Shown piece by piece: positions 63,619 through 64,000 of a DNA stretch of 64,000 nucleotides. Source of the stretch: Takakia lepidozioides (lineage: Eukaryota; Plantae; Bryophyta); contig CM060734.1 of the NCBI GenBank assembly GCA_030704615.1, forward strand, positions 36,518,001-36,582,000. The letters run 5' to 3'. Both the position numbers and the translations under genes were made by a program. Positions within the stretch are counted from its first letter, which is position 1, and each line of letters begins with the position of its first letter. The notes under the pieces are model-generated. The model saw nothing but the letters and a program-made list of their open reading frames with translations. It did no database searches and was not told the origin of the DNA.

Positions 63619-64000
63619 TGAATGTGTGGGGGGTTACACCATCCACTAAATTTCTTTTTGACATTTGTCTTGTAGAAAATTGAGATTTTTATGCAGATGG
63701 GTTGCAGGATGGAAATCATCCGCTGCATTTGTAACTTAAGGTGATGAAGGGTAAGCAGAGAAGGACAAGATTGAAGCTGCAGGGGGAGTGCTGGCAGGCC
63801 CGACACCTAAGTGCACGATCTGTATTCCGATTCTTGATTTTTGGCTCAAGGCCCGATTTAGAAGCAGTAATGTGGAGAGATAAGGGGTGATTAGAGAGGC
63901 AGCTTGGTAATCTGAGCTGATGCGTGATGCCGTCATGGTAGTTATGATCGGTGGAAACCTACCCTGTTGGAGGATAAAGCGCTGGGGGGCGGTGAAGAAT

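Overview
Eukaryotic nuclear DNA from a land plant, most likely a non-seed plant such as a bryophyte. This is inferred from GT-AG introns, plant-type eIF4E, NPF and E2F sequences, a Tcn1/Tf1-type chromovirus and a Sola-like transposase. A small gene island (~15-30 kb) holds four intact-looking genes: a 4-exon PhyH-family 2OG-Fe(II) dioxygenase (-), head-to-head with a 5-exon class I eIF4E (+), and two tandem PAP2/LPP-beta-like lipid phosphate phosphatases (-). The left flank (0-14.5 kb) is transposon-rich. It has palindromic subterminal-type repeats carrying two TTAA-flanked piggyBac-like MITEs, an internally deleted chromoviral Ty3/gypsy element (both LTRs, ATGAT TSD, apparent self-priming PBS), a 1.6-kb TIR element and a second gypsy RT fragment. 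The 31-41 kb stretch is a mosaic of pseudogene fragments: NPF/PTR transporter pieces interleaved with an exon-deleted E2F pseudogene and an orphan ORF, next to a 41-bp minisatellite with higher-order structure. The 41-64 kb stretch is nested, decayed DNA transposons: a CACTA TnpD relic, a Sola-like transposase relic, a SWIM-finger relic, a long inverted repeat, hairpin-repeat arrays and a CACTA right terminus. I saw no rRNA, tRNA or CRISPR array. All calls were made by eye, with no database search.
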